64,000 bases of DNA from an uncultured Azospirillaceae bacterium (GCA_964655915.1 CAZZNV010000004.1:18664-82663), one strand, 5' to 3'. Counted from the stretch's first letter, positions 8,851-19,147 are shown. Numbers and translations are program-made. The notes: a model not told the origin generated them from the sequence alone.

Positions 8851-9612
8851 ATGAAAAACAACCAAAGACAATTCGGATATACGGTTATGTTGCTGATGAT
8901 GGCGACTTCGTTGTCGGGCTGCGGAATGTGGTCCAGACTGCAGCAGGTTGGAGAAGAGCCGAAGCTTACACCGATTGATAATCCGGTAGATGCTCCCAAT
9001 TATGTTCCGGTTTCAATGCCTATGCCTCAGGTTGTAGAGGCAAAAGGAGGGGCTAATTCTTTGTGGAAGCCGGGAAGCAGCGGGTTTTTCAAAGATCAGC
9101 GCGCTTCTAAAGTAGGTGATATTATCACGGTTAAGGTTTCCGCAAAAGACAATGCTTTGATGGAAAATGAAACGGAACAGAACCGCGATGATAATAAGGA
9201 CTCTATGGGAATTGGCGGTTTGTTCGGTTATGAAGATTACATTAAGGACGTTTTGCCTGATGCTGTGAAACCCGCCGCAATGTTAGATGTTACTTCAAAT
9301 CGTGAAATTTCGGGTGACGGCAAAATAGATCGTAAAGAAAAAATTGATATGACGATGGCCGCTATTGTTACACAGGTTTTACCGAATGGAAATTTGGTGA
9401 TTGAAGGTACGCAGGAAATTCGGGTGAATTATGAACTGCGGCAGTTGATGGTTCGCGGGGTTATTCGTCGGGCAGATATTAGTTCCGATAATACGATAGA
9501 ATCAAGCAAAATCGCCGAGCTTCGCGTTTCTTACGGTGGAAAAGGTGTTATTTCAGACGTGCAGCAGCCACGTTACGGACGGCAAATTTTAGATATTATT
9601 GCTCCGTTCTGA
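8851..9612 (+). CDS. flgH: Flagellar L-ring lipoprotein FlgH
   Basis: Track ORF trimmed to MKNNQRQFGYTVMLLMMATSLSGC (lipobox LSGC). ATG lies 5 nt after the flgA stop. Confidence 0.85.
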   Translation: MKNNQRQFGYTVMLLMMATSLSGCGMWSRLQQVGEEPKLTPIDNPVDAPNYVPVSMPMPQVVEAKGGANSLWKPGSSGFFKDQRASKVGDIITVKVSAKDNALMENETEQNRDDNKDSMGIGGLFGYEDYIKDVLPDAVKPAAMLDVTSNREISGDGKIDRKEKIDMTMAAIVTQVLPNGNLVIEGTQEIRVNYELRQLMVRGVIRRADISSDNTIESSKIAELRVSYGGKGVISDVQQPRYGRQILDIIAPF

Positions 9613-9827
9613 TAAGTTCCCTTATTATTATGTATCCCCATTTTTAAGGAAAAATCTCCCCATTTTTTCTTAAAAAAACACTTCTAAACGGAGTGTCGTT
9701 CTAAAAGGCCTGCCTGCGTATTTCCCCATACAAGGGCAGGCTATGAACGAGAATTTTTTGAAGCTGTTTATTTTGGGGAAAATGAAACTATATTAAATAT
9801 TAAGATGTTTAAAATCAGGTGAGGAAG

Positions 9828-10511
9828 ATGCGTAACCCAAGAGAAAACAGGTTAATGAACCAAATAAAAAGCACAGAGGAAGAAGCTGCTGTGTTGCTTA
9901 ATCAGGCTATGAAAATTTCAAAGGCTTTTGAAGGTAACGATGATTATTTGAAACTGGAAGCTCTTGATGATAATTTGAAATTGTGGGTCGAAATTGAAAC
10001 TACTTTGAAAAACACTAAAAATCTTCTTCCCGAAGAAACGAAGGTTAATTTGACAAAGCTTTCAAAATATGTTGAATTTTTGACACTCTCCAAGGGTGTG
10101 AAAATGAGCAAATCAGATTGCGATATCCTTATCAATATTAATATGCAGATTTCAGAAGGTTTATTGGATGCTATAAAGAATTTTGTGGTTAAGGAAGAAG
10201 CTGTTTCTTTGTTGAAATGCGCGCTTGATCTTTCAAATGCTCGTGAAAAAAGAAATGTGGAAGAATTGGTAACCGCATTAGATAACAATATGAAAACATG
10301 GATTTATCTTAAGACTTTGGTTAGCGCTAAAGATAGTGAGCTTCCTGAGGAGACAAAAGGAAATCTGGTTAAGTTGGCCGACTATGTTTCATATAAAACG
10401 TTGGAAGTCGGACGAGATATTGTTCATTTAAACGATAGGGTGTTGGACAGCATGATTATGACTAATTTGCAGATTACAGAGGGTTTGCTCAGCAACCAGA
10501 TGGCGGCTTGA
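9828..10511 (+). CDS. flaF: Tandemly duplicated FlaF-like flagellar regulator (two FlaF domains in one 227-aa protein)
   Basis: Both halves carry the FlaF-style motifs L.ALDDNLKLW...LPEETK.NL.KLS.YV and ININMQISEGL / IMTNLQITEGL. Start is uncertain (ATG 9828 versus GTG 9819 or ATG 9855). Confidence 0.55.
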   Translation: MRNPRENRLMNQIKSTEEEAAVLLNQAMKISKAFEGNDDYLKLEALDDNLKLWVEIETTLKNTKNLLPEETKVNLTKLSKYVEFLTLSKGVKMSKSDCDILININMQISEGLLDAIKNFVVKEEAVSLLKCALDLSNAREKRNVEELVTALDNNMKTWIYLKTLVSAKDSELPEETKGNLVKLADYVSYKTLEVGRDIVHLNDRVLDSMIMTNLQITEGLLSNQMAA

Positions 10512-10527
10512 GTTTTGTTTTTGTTGC

Positions 10528-10562
10528 AAAACCCCGCCTTGTTTGTGCAAGCGGGGTTTTGG
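10528..10562 (+). terminator. Hairpin terminator (AAACCCCGC-13 nt-GCGGGGTTT)
   Basis: 9-bp stem; the T-run is short (4 T). Confidence 0.5.
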
Positions 10563-10644
10563 TATGTTATACACACTGTTTTAAGAGGTGTTGTAAAGCG
10601 TGAGCAAAAACATTATAAAGTTAGGCATATATGGAGTGAAAAAT

Positions 10645-11892
10645 ATGCTGTTTTCAAAATTTGAACGGTTGGTTGCCGGAAGGTATTTACGAGCTAAGCG
10701 CAAAGAGGGATTTATCTCGGTTATTACCGGATTTGCTTTTACCGGAATAGCTCTCGGTGTGGCGACACTGATTATTGTGATGTCGGTTATGAATGGTTTT
10801 CGGCATGAGTTGCTATCCAGAATATTAGGGCTTAACGGGCATATGGGTATTATGTCGCCGGCGGGTTATCCGTTTAATAATTATAAACAAGCCATACAAG
10901 ATTTGGCAGATATCGACCATGTTGAACTGGTTATTCCGATGATTGAAACACAGTTGTTGGTTACAGCGGGAAAGGCCGCTGAAGGGGCTATGATACGCGG
11001 CGTTTCTGCAGAAGATTTGGTTAAAAAATCTATTCTTGAAAAAGCGGTGAAAAATGTCGATATGGCCGATTTTCAAGGGGATAATGTGATAATGGGCGTG
11101 CGTTTGGCCAGAAAAATGGGGGTCATTCCCGGAGATAAGATTACGCTGATTTCTCCTAACGGGAAAGTAACGGCTTTCGGTACGGTTCCGCGGATGAAGT
11201 CTTATGTAGTGGTTGGTACGTTTGATGTCGGTATGTTTGAATATGACTCTAACTTTATTTTTATGCCGTTAGAGGCGGCGCAGAAATATATGGGGCTGAA
11301 AGACGCCGTAACGCATATTGATGTTACTTTGGACGATGATAAAGAGCTTAATCGCGTGCGTAAGGTTATTGAACAGAGCGTCGGTGCCGGTGCTTATGTT
11401 TATGACTGGAAACAAACGAATGCCGCGTTTTTTAACGCAATTGATGTTGAGCGAAACGTGATGTTTTTGATTTTGACGCTAATTATTTTGGTGGCGGCGT
11501 TTAACATTATTACGGCATTAATTATGTTGGTTAAGGATAAAGGGCGTGATATTGCTGTTTTGCGCACCATGGGGGCGACAAAAGGTATGATTATGCGTGT
11601 CTTTTTTATGGACGGAGCTTTTGTGGGTGTGGTCGGAACGGCTATCGGCATAGCTTTGGGTTTGCTCTTTTGCTACAATATTGAAAATATTCGCCAGTTT
11701 TTACAGAGTCTGGCGGGAAGAGATTTGTTTTCTGCGGAAATTTATTTTCTTTCACAACTTCCGGCACGTGTGGATGTTGCCGAGGTTGTTATGGTGGCGG
11801 TAATTTCGCTGTTGCTGTCATTTTTGGCAACGTTGTATCCGGCATATCGTGCTGCAAAATTTGATCCGGTGGAGGCTTTGCGTTATGAATAA
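10645..11892 (+). CDS. Lipoprotein-releasing system permease LolC/LolE (FtsX/MacB family)
   Basis: Track ORF trimmed to MLFSKFERLVAGRYLRAKRKEGFISV (GGAG RBS 8 nt upstream). Has MacB periplasmic and FtsX TM domains. Confidence 0.85.
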   Translation: MLFSKFERLVAGRYLRAKRKEGFISVITGFAFTGIALGVATLIIVMSVMNGFRHELLSRILGLNGHMGIMSPAGYPFNNYKQAIQDLADIDHVELVIPMIETQLLVTAGKAAEGAMIRGVSAEDLVKKSILEKAVKNVDMADFQGDNVIMGVRLARKMGVIPGDKITLISPNGKVTAFGTVPRMKSYVVVGTFDVGMFEYDSNFIFMPLEAAQKYMGLKDAVTHIDVTLDDDKELNRVRKVIEQSVGAGAYVYDWKQTNAAFFNAIDVERNVMFLILTLIILVAAFNIITALIMLVKDKGRDIAVLRTMGATKGMIMRVFFMDGAFVGVVGTAIGIALGLLFCYNIENIRQFLQSLAGRDLFSAEIYFLSQLPARVDVAEVVMVAVISLLLSFLATLYPAYRAAKFDPVEALRYE

Positions 11893-12607
11893 AAAAACAC
11901 CGACTTTGGAACTAAAAGATGTGTGCCGCGGGTTTAAGCAAGGCGGTCAGGTTTTGGAGGTTTTGCGCGGAATTAATTTGGATATTGAAAAGGGCGAGGT
12001 TGTTGCGCTTGTCGGGCCTTCGGGGTCCGGAAAATCTACGTTGTTGCAAATAGCTGGCTTATTGGAGCGTCCGGATAACGGTGAAATTTATTTGGACGGG
12101 CAGTGTTGCAGCAAGCTTAATGATGCAATGAGAACATTGTTGCGACGTGATTATTTGGGGTTTGTGTATCAATATCATAATCTGTTGCCGGATTTTGATG
12201 CGGTTGAGAATGTTATGTTGCCGCAGTTGATTGCCGGCATTAAAATGAAAGCCGCCAGAGAAAAAGCTGAATGGCTGTTGCGGCGCTTGGGGTTGGAGCA
12301 GCGTTTCGGGCATCGTCCGGCTGAAATGTCGGGCGGAGAGCAACAGCGTGTGGCGATTGCGCGAGCCTTAGCAAATTCACCTAAGTTGCTGTTGGCTGAT
12401 GAACCGACAGGGAATCTTGACCCTAAAACATCAGAAACCGTCTTTACAGAACTGATGTCTATTGTTAAAGAGACAGGCTTGTCTGCATTGGTTGCCACGC
12501 ACAATTTTGAGTTGGCAGACAGAATGGATAGGAAGGTTAAGCTTCAAGACGGGAAATTAATTGATTTGCGGGCGGCTAAGTTTGCATCGGGTGTTAATTT
12601 TTATTAG
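11885..12607 (+). CDS. lolD: Lipoprotein-releasing ABC ATPase LolD
   Basis: MNKKTPTLELKDVCRGF...GPSGSGKST...LSGGEQQRVAIARAL...LLADEPTGNLD. Overlaps lolC/E by 8 nt. Confidence 0.85.
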   Translation: MNKKTPTLELKDVCRGFKQGGQVLEVLRGINLDIEKGEVVALVGPSGSGKSTLLQIAGLLERPDNGEIYLDGQCCSKLNDAMRTLLRRDYLGFVYQYHNLLPDFDAVENVMLPQLIAGIKMKAAREKAEWLLRRLGLEQRFGHRPAEMSGGEQQRVAIARALANSPKLLLADEPTGNLDPKTSETVFTELMSIVKETGLSALVATHNFELADRMDRKVKLQDGKLIDLRAAKFASGVNFY

Positions 12608-12660
12608 TAATCCGCTCTGAAATTTGTTTTGAGGTTTAGTAAAAAAATTAAAGAAAATAC

Positions 12661-12689
12661 TTGCATTTGGGGGATTTAAATAGTATAAA
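12661..12689 (+). promoter_or_regulatory. Sigma-70-like promoter TTGCAT-N17-TATAAA upstream of rpmI
   Basis: Read by eye. The leader then contains the hairpin CCGAAC-AGGGTG-GTTCGG, which could be an L20 autoregulatory site. Confidence 0.45.
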
Positions 12690-12774
12690 TCCGCCGAACA
12701 GGGTGGTTCGGGCTAATTGGCATGCCTGACGACTCGTTAGAAAATCCAAGTTTTGAATAATGAAAGGGATTGAA

Positions 12775-12972
12775 ATGCCTAAATTAAAGACAAAAAGTGC
12801 CGTAAAGAAACGCTTTGGCGTTACCGGAACCGGCAAATTGAAAAGAAATCACGCTTTTAAGAGACACTGCCTCTTTTGCAAAACTCCGAAGATGAAGAGA
12901 AATGCTCGCGGCACAACTTTGCTTGCGGATGTTGATGTTCAGATCGTTAAAAAGTTTTTACCATATTTGTAA
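12775..12972 (+). CDS. rpmI: 50S ribosomal protein L35
   Basis: MPKLKTKSAVKKRFGVTGTGKLKRNHAFKRH... Confidence 0.9.
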   Translation: MPKLKTKSAVKKRFGVTGTGKLKRNHAFKRHCLFCKTPKMKRNARGTTLLADVDVQIVKKFLPYL

Positions 12973-12983
12973 GGAGAAAATAG

Positions 12984-13340
12984 ATGTCTCGTATTAAAAG
13001 AGGTGTTACGGCTCACGCTCGCCATAAAAAAGTTTTCTCTATGGCTAAAGGCTACAGAGGACGCAGCAAAAACGTTTTCCGCGTTGCTATTGAAAAAGTT
13101 GAAAAGGCTTTGCAATATGCTTATCGCGACAGAAGAACAAAGAAGAGAAATTTCCGCACTTTGTGGATTCAGAGAATTAATGCAGCTACTCGCTTGCATG
13201 ATATGACTTACTCCCGATTTATCAGCGGGCTCAACAAAGCCGGCGTTGAATTGGACCGTAAGGTTTTGGCTGATATCGCCGTTAGAGAGCCCGAAGCTTT
13301 TGCTAAGCTGGTTGAACAGGCCAAGGCTGCTCTTAACTAA
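12984..13340 (+). CDS. rplT: 50S ribosomal protein L20
   Basis: [17 protein letters not shown]...[16 protein letters not shown]. Confidence 0.95.
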   Translation: MSRIKRGVTAHARHKKVFSMAKGYRGRSKNVFRVAIEKVEKALQYAYRDRRTKKRNFRTLWIQRINAATRLHDMTYSRFISGLNKAGVELDRKVLADIAVREPEAFAKLVEQAKAALN

Positions 13341-13394
13341 GCTTTATGACGGAATATTTTTCAGATTAAAGTTTTGAAAACGCAAAAATATGAA

Positions 13395-13429
13395 GAGTCG
13401 CTCTTAGGTTGGCGGCTCTTTGTGTTTTT
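13395..13429 (+). terminator. Hairpin plus T-run between rplT and pheS; possible terminator or attenuator
   Basis: GAGTCGC-10 nt-GCGGCTC (7 bp with one G-U pair), then TTTGTGTTTTT. Confidence 0.4.
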
Positions 13430-13462
13430 AAACTTTATTGGCGTTTATGGGAATGGTGGAAT

Positions 13463-14566
13463 ATGGAAAATTTGCAAAATATCAAAAATGAACTGAAAAC
13501 TCTTATTGAAAAGGCTGAAAATACCAAAAATTTGGAAGAAATCAGAGTATCCGTTTTGGGTAAGAAAGGCCGCATTACTGAAATGATGAAGGGAATGGGC
13601 GCTCTTTCTCCTGAAGAAAGAAAGGAAGTCGGCAAGGAGCTAAACTTGTTGAAAGGGGAGATTGAACAGCTTTTAGAGGCTAAAAAAGCCGAGATGGAAG
13701 TTCAAGAGATGAATGTTCGTTTGGCTGGTGAAAAGATAGATGTTACATTGCCAATTCGTTCGGAAACGCAAGGACGTATTCACCCTGTGACACAGATTTA
13801 TGAAGAGGTTGTCGCTATCTTCGGGCAGATGGGTTTTGAGGTTGCCGATGGTCCGGACATTGAGGATCAGTTCCATAATTTTAACGCCTTGAATACGCCG
13901 GCAAACCATCCGGCACGCCAAATGCAAGATACTTTCTATATTCCTAATCCGGACAGCACGAGTTTTGACGATAGTTATGTTGTGCGGACACAGACTTCTG
14001 CTGTTCAAATTCGTACGATGGAAAATAAGCAACCGCCTATTCGCATTATTGCTCCGGGGCGCACTTATCGTTCCGATTATGATGCAACACATACTCCGAT
14101 GTTTCATCAGGTTGAGGGGTTGGTTATTGATAAAGCGACGACAATGGCTCATCTGAAGGGGTGCCTTTATGATTTTATCAAAATGTTTTTTGAATTAGAT
14201 GAGATTCCGGTTCGTTATCGTCCATCTTATTTTCCGTTTACAGAGCCTTCTGCGGAAATGGATATCGGTTGTTTGAAAAGTAAAAATGAATTGAAAATCG
14301 GTGCGGGACACGACTGGCTTGAGATTTTGGGATGCGGTATGGTTCATCCGAATGTTTTGAAGGCTTGCGGGATTAATCCCGATGAATATCAGGGGTTTGC
14401 CTTTGGATTGGGGCTTGATCGTCTGGCTATGTTGAAATACGGCATTCCTGACTTGCGCAATTTCTTTGATGCGGATGTGCGTTGGATGAAACATTACGGG
14501 TTTGTACCGCTTGAATCGGCCTCTATGACCGGTGGTTTGAGCAATAACGGCGGTTTGGCGAGATAG
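13463..14566 (+). CDS. pheS: Phenylalanine--tRNA ligase alpha subunit
   Basis: Track ORF trimmed to MENLQNIKNELKTL...; class II motifs ...FTEPSAEMDIG...GLGLDRLAML. Confidence 0.9.
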   Translation: MENLQNIKNELKTLIEKAENTKNLEEIRVSVLGKKGRITEMMKGMGALSPEERKEVGKELNLLKGEIEQLLEAKKAEMEVQEMNVRLAGEKIDVTLPIRSETQGRIHPVTQIYEEVVAIFGQMGFEVADGPDIEDQFHNFNALNTPANHPARQMQDTFYIPNPDSTSFDDSYVVRTQTSAVQIRTMENKQPPIRIIAPGRTYRSDYDATHTPMFHQVEGLVIDKATTMAHLKGCLYDFIKMFFELDEIPVRYRPSYFPFTEPSAEMDIGCLKSKNELKIGAGHDWLEILGCGMVHPNVLKACGINPDEYQGFAFGLGLDRLAMLKYGIPDLRNFFDADVRWMKHYGFVPLESASMTGGLSNNGGLAR

Positions 14567-14577
14567 GAGTTTGAAAC

Positions 14578-16977
14578 ATGAAATTTACGGTATCATGGTT
14601 AAAAGAACATCTGGATACAACAGCTTCGGTTGATGAAATTTCAGAAACATTGACGCGTATCGGTTTGGAAGTTGAGGAAGTTATCAACCCAGCCGCGCAG
14701 TTAGAGGGATTTATTACAGCAAAGGTTGAAGAATGTGACATGCACCCTGATTCAGATCATTTGCATTTGTTGAAAGTTAATGACGGCAAACAGATGTTGC
14801 AGGTTGTTTGCGGTGCTCCGAATGTGTGCAAGGGAACTATCGGCATTTTTGCTCCGGTCGGAACGTTAATTCCGTGTTATAACGAGAAACTGAAAGTTGG
14901 AAAAATTCGCGGAATAGAAAGTTTCGGTATGCTTTGCTCAGAAAAAGAACTGGGTATCGGTAATGACCATGAGGGTATTATCAGCTTACCGGAAGGAACA
15001 CCGATTGGGGTGAAAGCCGCTGAAATTTTGTCGGTTGATCCGGTGATTGATATTTCAATTACGCCAAATCGTGCCGAATGTTTGGGGGTTAGAGGAATTG
15101 CCAGAGATTTGGCTGCTGCCGGGCTCGGAAAACTAAAGCCGTTGAATATATCCAAGAAAAACGGCACATTCAAATCTTCAATTAAAGTAAAGATTGAAAA
15201 TTTTGATGCTTGCCCAACCTATGTCGGGCGTTATATTCGCAATGTTGATAACAAGGCTGAAACTCCGAAATGGATGAAAGATCGTTTAACGGCTATCGGG
15301 TTGCGTTCTATCTCACCATTAGTCGATATTACCAACTACATCAATTATGATATGGCTCGTCCGTTGCATGTGTTTGATGCGGACAAAATTAAAGGCGATA
15401 TTTGTGTGCGTATGGCGCGTGAAGGCGAAAAATTTGTTTCGTTGGAAGAAAAAGAATATATTTTGGATGATAAATCGTTGGGAATTTGCGATGGTGAAGG
15501 TATCCAGTGTTTGGGCGGTATTATGGGCGGCGTGGAAAAGGGCTGTTCTTCAGATACGAAAAATGTATTTTTGGAATGTGCTTTATTTAAACCGGAATGT
15601 ATAGCGCGAACAGGACGAAAATTTCAAATTGATTCTGACTCTCGTTATCGTTATGAGCGCTGGGTTGATCCGAAGTCTAATTTGTCGGGCTCTGATTATG
15701 CAACGCAGATGATTTTGGATATTTGCGGGGGTGAAGTTTCAGATGTGGAAATGGCCGGAAGTGAAGATTTTACACCGGCTACGGCTTATATTCGTCCGTC
15801 TCGTTTGAAAGATTTTATCGGGATTGATGTTTCAAAAGAGAAGATTGTTGAGATTTTGAGCAATCTCGGTTTTACGGTTACAGATGAAGGCGATAAGATT
15901 AAGGCTGTTTCTCCAAGTTGGCGTGGCGATATTGAAGGCGAACATGACTTGGTTGAAGAGGTTGTGCGTATGATCGGGCTGGATAATATTCCGGCGGAAT
16001 CTTTACCGAATGATAAATTTCCTAAACAAACTTTGTCTTCGGCTCAACGTCGTTTGGTTACGGTTAAACATGAGCTTGCCAATCGCGGTATGTTTGAGGC
16101 TGTTACTTGGAGCTTTACGGATTCTAAGTTGGCGGGTGATTTCCGACGTTCTGCCGAGGCGGTTAAGTTGTATAATCCGATTGCGGCGGATTTAGATGAA
16201 ATGCGTCCGTCGGTGTTGCCTAACCTGTTGATGGCGGCGCGTAATAATATTGTTCGCGGTTATGCTAATGCTTCTATTTTTGAAGTAGGACCTGAATTTT
16301 ACGGTCGTAAGCCGGGGGAACAGACTTTGGTGGCGGCGGGTGTTCGTACGGGTATGACTTCTAAAAAGCATTGGCTGTCTGATGTTCGTGCTTATGATGT
16401 TTTTGATGTTAAGGCTGATGCTTTGGCGGCGGTAGCTGCTGCGAACGGTCCGTTTGACAGCGCTCAGATAAGTACAGACGCACCGGCTTATTATCATCCC
16501 GGACGTAGCGGTGCTTTGCGTCTGGGTAAGAATGTTATCGCTTATTTTGGCGAAATCCATCCGTTAATTTTAAAGAAATTCGCTCTTAAACAACGGGTTG
16601 TGGCTTTTGAGGTCTTTCTTGATAATATTCCGTTGCCGCGTGTTGCTTCGGGAAAGGGGCGTAAAAAATTGGAATTATCAGCTTTTCAGCCGATTGATAA
16701 AGATTTGGCTTTTGTGTTGGATAAAACAGTTCCTGCCGCAGATGTTATAGCAGCCGCTCGTACGGCAGATCGTGAGAATATTTCTGATGTGCGAATTTTT
16801 GACGTTTATGAAGGTGAAAATCTTCCGGAGGGTAAAAAGTCTTTAGCTTTATCTATAACTTTCCAGCCACGGGAAGGCACATACAGCGACCAAGATATTG
16901 AGATCCTCATGCAAAAGGTTGAGCAGGCAGTGGAAAAGAAATGCGGTGCCGAACTTCGTGACGGAAAAAGCATGTAG
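14578..16977 (+). CDS. pheT: Phenylalanine--tRNA ligase beta subunit
   Basis: 799 aa. Starts MKFTVSWLKEHLD and has a C-terminal FDVYEG... anticodon-binding domain. Confidence 0.95.
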   Translation: MKFTVSWLKEHLDTTASVDEISETLTRIGLEVEEVINPAAQLEGFITAKVEECDMHPDSDHLHLLKVNDGKQMLQVVCGAPNVCKGTIGIFAPVGTLIPCYNEKLKVGKIRGIESFGMLCSEKELGIGNDHEGIISLPEGTPIGVKAAEILSVDPVIDISITPNRAECLGVRGIARDLAAAGLGKLKPLNISKKNGTFKSSIKVKIENFDACPTYVGRYIRNVDNKAETPKWMKDRLTAIGLRSISPLVDITNYINYDMARPLHVFDADKIKGDICVRMAREGEKFVSLEEKEYILDDKSLGICDGEGIQCLGGIMGGVEKGCSSDTKNVFLECALFKPECIARTGRKFQIDSDSRYRYERWVDPKSNLSGSDYATQMILDICGGEVSDVEMAGSEDFTPATAYIRPSRLKDFIGIDVSKEKIVEILSNLGFTVTDEGDKIKAVSPSWRGDIEGEHDLVEEVVRMIGLDNIPAESLPNDKFPKQTLSSAQRRLVTVKHELANRGMFEAVTWSFTDSKLAGDFRRSAEAVKLYNPIAADLDEMRPSVLPNLLMAARNNIVRGYANASIFEVGPEFYGRKPGEQTLVAAGVRTGMTSKKHWLSDVRAYDVFDVKADALAAVAAANGPFDSAQISTDAPAYYHPGRSGALRLGKNVIAYFGEIHPLILKKFALKQRVVAFEVFLDNIPLPRVASGKGRKKLELSAFQPIDKDLAFVLDKTVPAADVIAAARTADRENISDVRIFDVYEGENLPEGKKSLALSITFQPREGTYSDQDIEILMQKVEQAVEKKCGAELRDGKSM

Positions 16978-16995
16978 TTGCCAATTAATGTAAAA

Positions 16996-17050
16996 GTCGT
17001 GAGCAGGGCGTAAGGTGTTGCGTGTTTGCTCACGATTTTTTTATTTTTTG
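16996..17050. terminator. Bidirectional terminator (TCGTGAGCA-loop-TGCTCACGA plus T-run) between convergent pheT and the GT2 gene
   Basis: 9-bp stem, then TTTTTTTATTTTTT. Confidence 0.6.
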
Positions 17051-17073
17051 ATAATCGGCAAAATAATGCGGAT

Positions 17074-18093
17074 TTATTCAAAAAAAATGAAGTTTAGTAT
17101 ATTGAACATTAGTCTGTGCGGTTTTGAGATGACGGCATCATATTGTTTTAGCAGGCTGTTGTTGTAGAGTTTCTTTGCGCTGCGACAAGAGAAAAAACAA
17201 TAGTTGACACAACGTTTATGAAAATATTTTCCGCAGATGTTGTTGAACGTTTCCGTATCAAAGCAATTTGTTTGTGTGTTGGCGTTAATAAATATCAGCA
17301 GGAGTTCTTCAATCTGTTTGAGGATATTTTTTTCTTTTATTCTGGCGCGCCCACGGAACAAATAGTTGTCTGCGATTTCAAGTTGTTTGTCGTTTAATTT
17401 AATATTTAAACGCTCGTAAATAACATGGCGTAATTTGGTAGCTTCTTTTTGCACGATGCTTTTTTTTGTTTGGGAAACCATGTTTTTGTGTATGCGATAT
17501 TTAAGCAAAATTTCCGGTAAGTTGTGAAATTTTGTGTAGGGGCCGGCATCTATCCAAAGTTTTCGGTCATTAGAAGCTTGAAAAGTTTCATCATATGACA
17601 AATTGTGTTGTTGCAGCAATTCTTTGCGAATTAAGCTTGTTTGATGCGCCAGAGCGCACTTAAAAAGTAAATACGCCTTAATTGAAGCATCATCTTGCGG
17701 ATGAATAACCGTTTTGTGTTTTTTTCCAAAAGTTCTAAAACCTGTTCCACAAACGCCAATATCGGGATGAGCCTCCATATATTCGTATTGTTGTTGCAAG
17801 CGGTTAGGGAGCGCTATATCATCATGATCGTGTCGGGCGATATATTTGCCCTTGGCCAAAGAAATTCCGAGATTGGAAGAGGCTGAAATTCCCAGATTGC
17901 GTGTGTTTTTTATGTAACGTATTCTGGAATCCGTATAGCTTCTAACGATTTCGTCCGTGTTATCCGGCGAATTATCGTTGATGATGAGAAGCTCAAAGTC
18001 CTTAAATGTTTGTGCCAGCACAGAATCAATAGATTTGCGTATATGCGCAGCCCCTTTATATGTCGGCATCAAAACAGTAATTTTCGGACTCAT
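17074..18093 (-). CDS. Family-2 glycosyltransferase (rhamnosyltransferase-type), translationally coupled to rfbB
   Basis: Trimmed to MSPKITVLMPTYKGAAHIRKSIDSVLAQTFKDFELLIINDNSPD. The ATG lies 1 nt after the rfbB stop. Confidence 0.8.
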   Translation of the reverse strand: MSPKITVLMPTYKGAAHIRKSIDSVLAQTFKDFELLIINDNSPDNTDEIVRSYTDSRIRYIKNTRNLGISASSNLGISLAKGKYIARHDHDDIALPNRLQQQYEYMEAHPDIGVCGTGFRTFGKKHKTVIHPQDDASIKAYLLFKCALAHQTSLIRKELLQQHNLSYDETFQASNDRKLWIDAGPYTKFHNLPEILLKYRIHKNMVSQTKKSIVQKEATKLRHVIYERLNIKLNDKQLEIADNYLFRGRARIKEKNILKQIEELLLIFINANTQTNCFDTETFNNICGKYFHKRCVNYCFFSCRSAKKLYNNSLLKQYDAVISKPHRLMFNILNFIFFE

Positions 18094-18094
18094 T

Positions 18095-19147
18095 CTAAGC
18101 CGCTTTTTGCTTGATTTTTTGGATATACCAATCAACAGTCTGTATAATTCCGCTGGCGAAGTTTTCATCAGCTTTCCAGCCCAGCTTTGTTTCAAGCTTG
18201 GTGGCGTCTATGGCATAGCGCTTGTCGTGTCCGGGGCGGTCCTTAACAAAAACAATTTGCTTTTTATAAGACTGTTTATCGGCGCGGGGAAGTTCTTTAT
18301 CCAAGATGGTGCATATAGCATCAACGATTTCAAGGTTATTTTTTTCATTGCGACCACCGACGTTATAGGTTTCTCCGGTGATGCCTTTATGAAAAATGAG
18401 GTCAATGGCTTTGCAGTGATCCAAAACGTAGAGCCAATCGCGAATGTTTTTTCCATCACCATAAATTGGAATATCTTTTCCAGAGAGGGCATTGGAAATA
18501 ATTTTTGGTATGAGTTTTTCAGGATGTTGCTTCGGACCATAGTTGTTTGAACAATTGGATACCGTGCAATTTAATCCATACGTGTGAAAATAGGCGCGCA
18601 CCAACAAATCTGAACTGGCTTTAGATGCCGAGTATGGAGAGTTTGGGGCGTAAGGTGTGGTTTCTTCAAAGAAACCGGTTTCACCCAAGGTGCCATAAAC
18701 TTCATCTGTGGAAATATGGTGGAAACGCGCGTCTTCATATCCGGATTTGATTGTGTGTGGTGCAGACAGCCAGTAGTTTCTGGCAACATCTAACAGGGTA
18801 AATGTGCCCAAAATGTTGCTCTCGATAAAGGCTTTCGGTCCTGTGATGGAATTATCGACATGACTTTCGGCCGCAAAGTGAACCACTCCTTTAACATCAT
18901 AATCTTTGAATATTTTTTCAATGAGAGAACGGTCGCAGATGTCACCTTGTATGAAGGTGTAGTTTGCATTTTGTTCAACTTCTTTGAGATTGTCCGGATT
19001 TCCGGCATAAGTCAGCTTATCCAGGTTAATAATGTGGTAATCCGGATATTTGTTTGCAAAATAAGGTACAAAGTTGGAGCCTATAAAGCCGGCGCCACCG
19101 GTAACTAAGATAGATTTTTTAGACATGAACTTAAACTTTCCTTCCAA
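18095..19147 (-). CDS. rfbB: dTDP-glucose 4,6-dehydratase
   Basis: ILVTGGAGFIGSNFV...; SDR YxxxK motif. Confidence 0.95.
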   Translation of the reverse strand: MEGKFKFMSKKSILVTGGAGFIGSNFVPYFANKYPDYHIINLDKLTYAGNPDNLKEVEQNANYTFIQGDICDRSLIEKIFKDYDVKGVVHFAAESHVDNSITGPKAFIESNILGTFTLLDVARNYWLSAPHTIKSGYEDARFHHISTDEVYGTLGETGFFEETTPYAPNSPYSASKASSDLLVRAYFHTYGLNCTVSNCSNNYGPKQHPEKLIPKIISNALSGKDIPIYGDGKNIRDWLYVLDHCKAIDLIFHKGITGETYNVGGRNEKNNLEIVDAICTILDKELPRADKQSYKKQIVFVKDRPGHDKRYAIDATKLETKLGWKADENFASGIIQTVDWYIQKIKQKAA

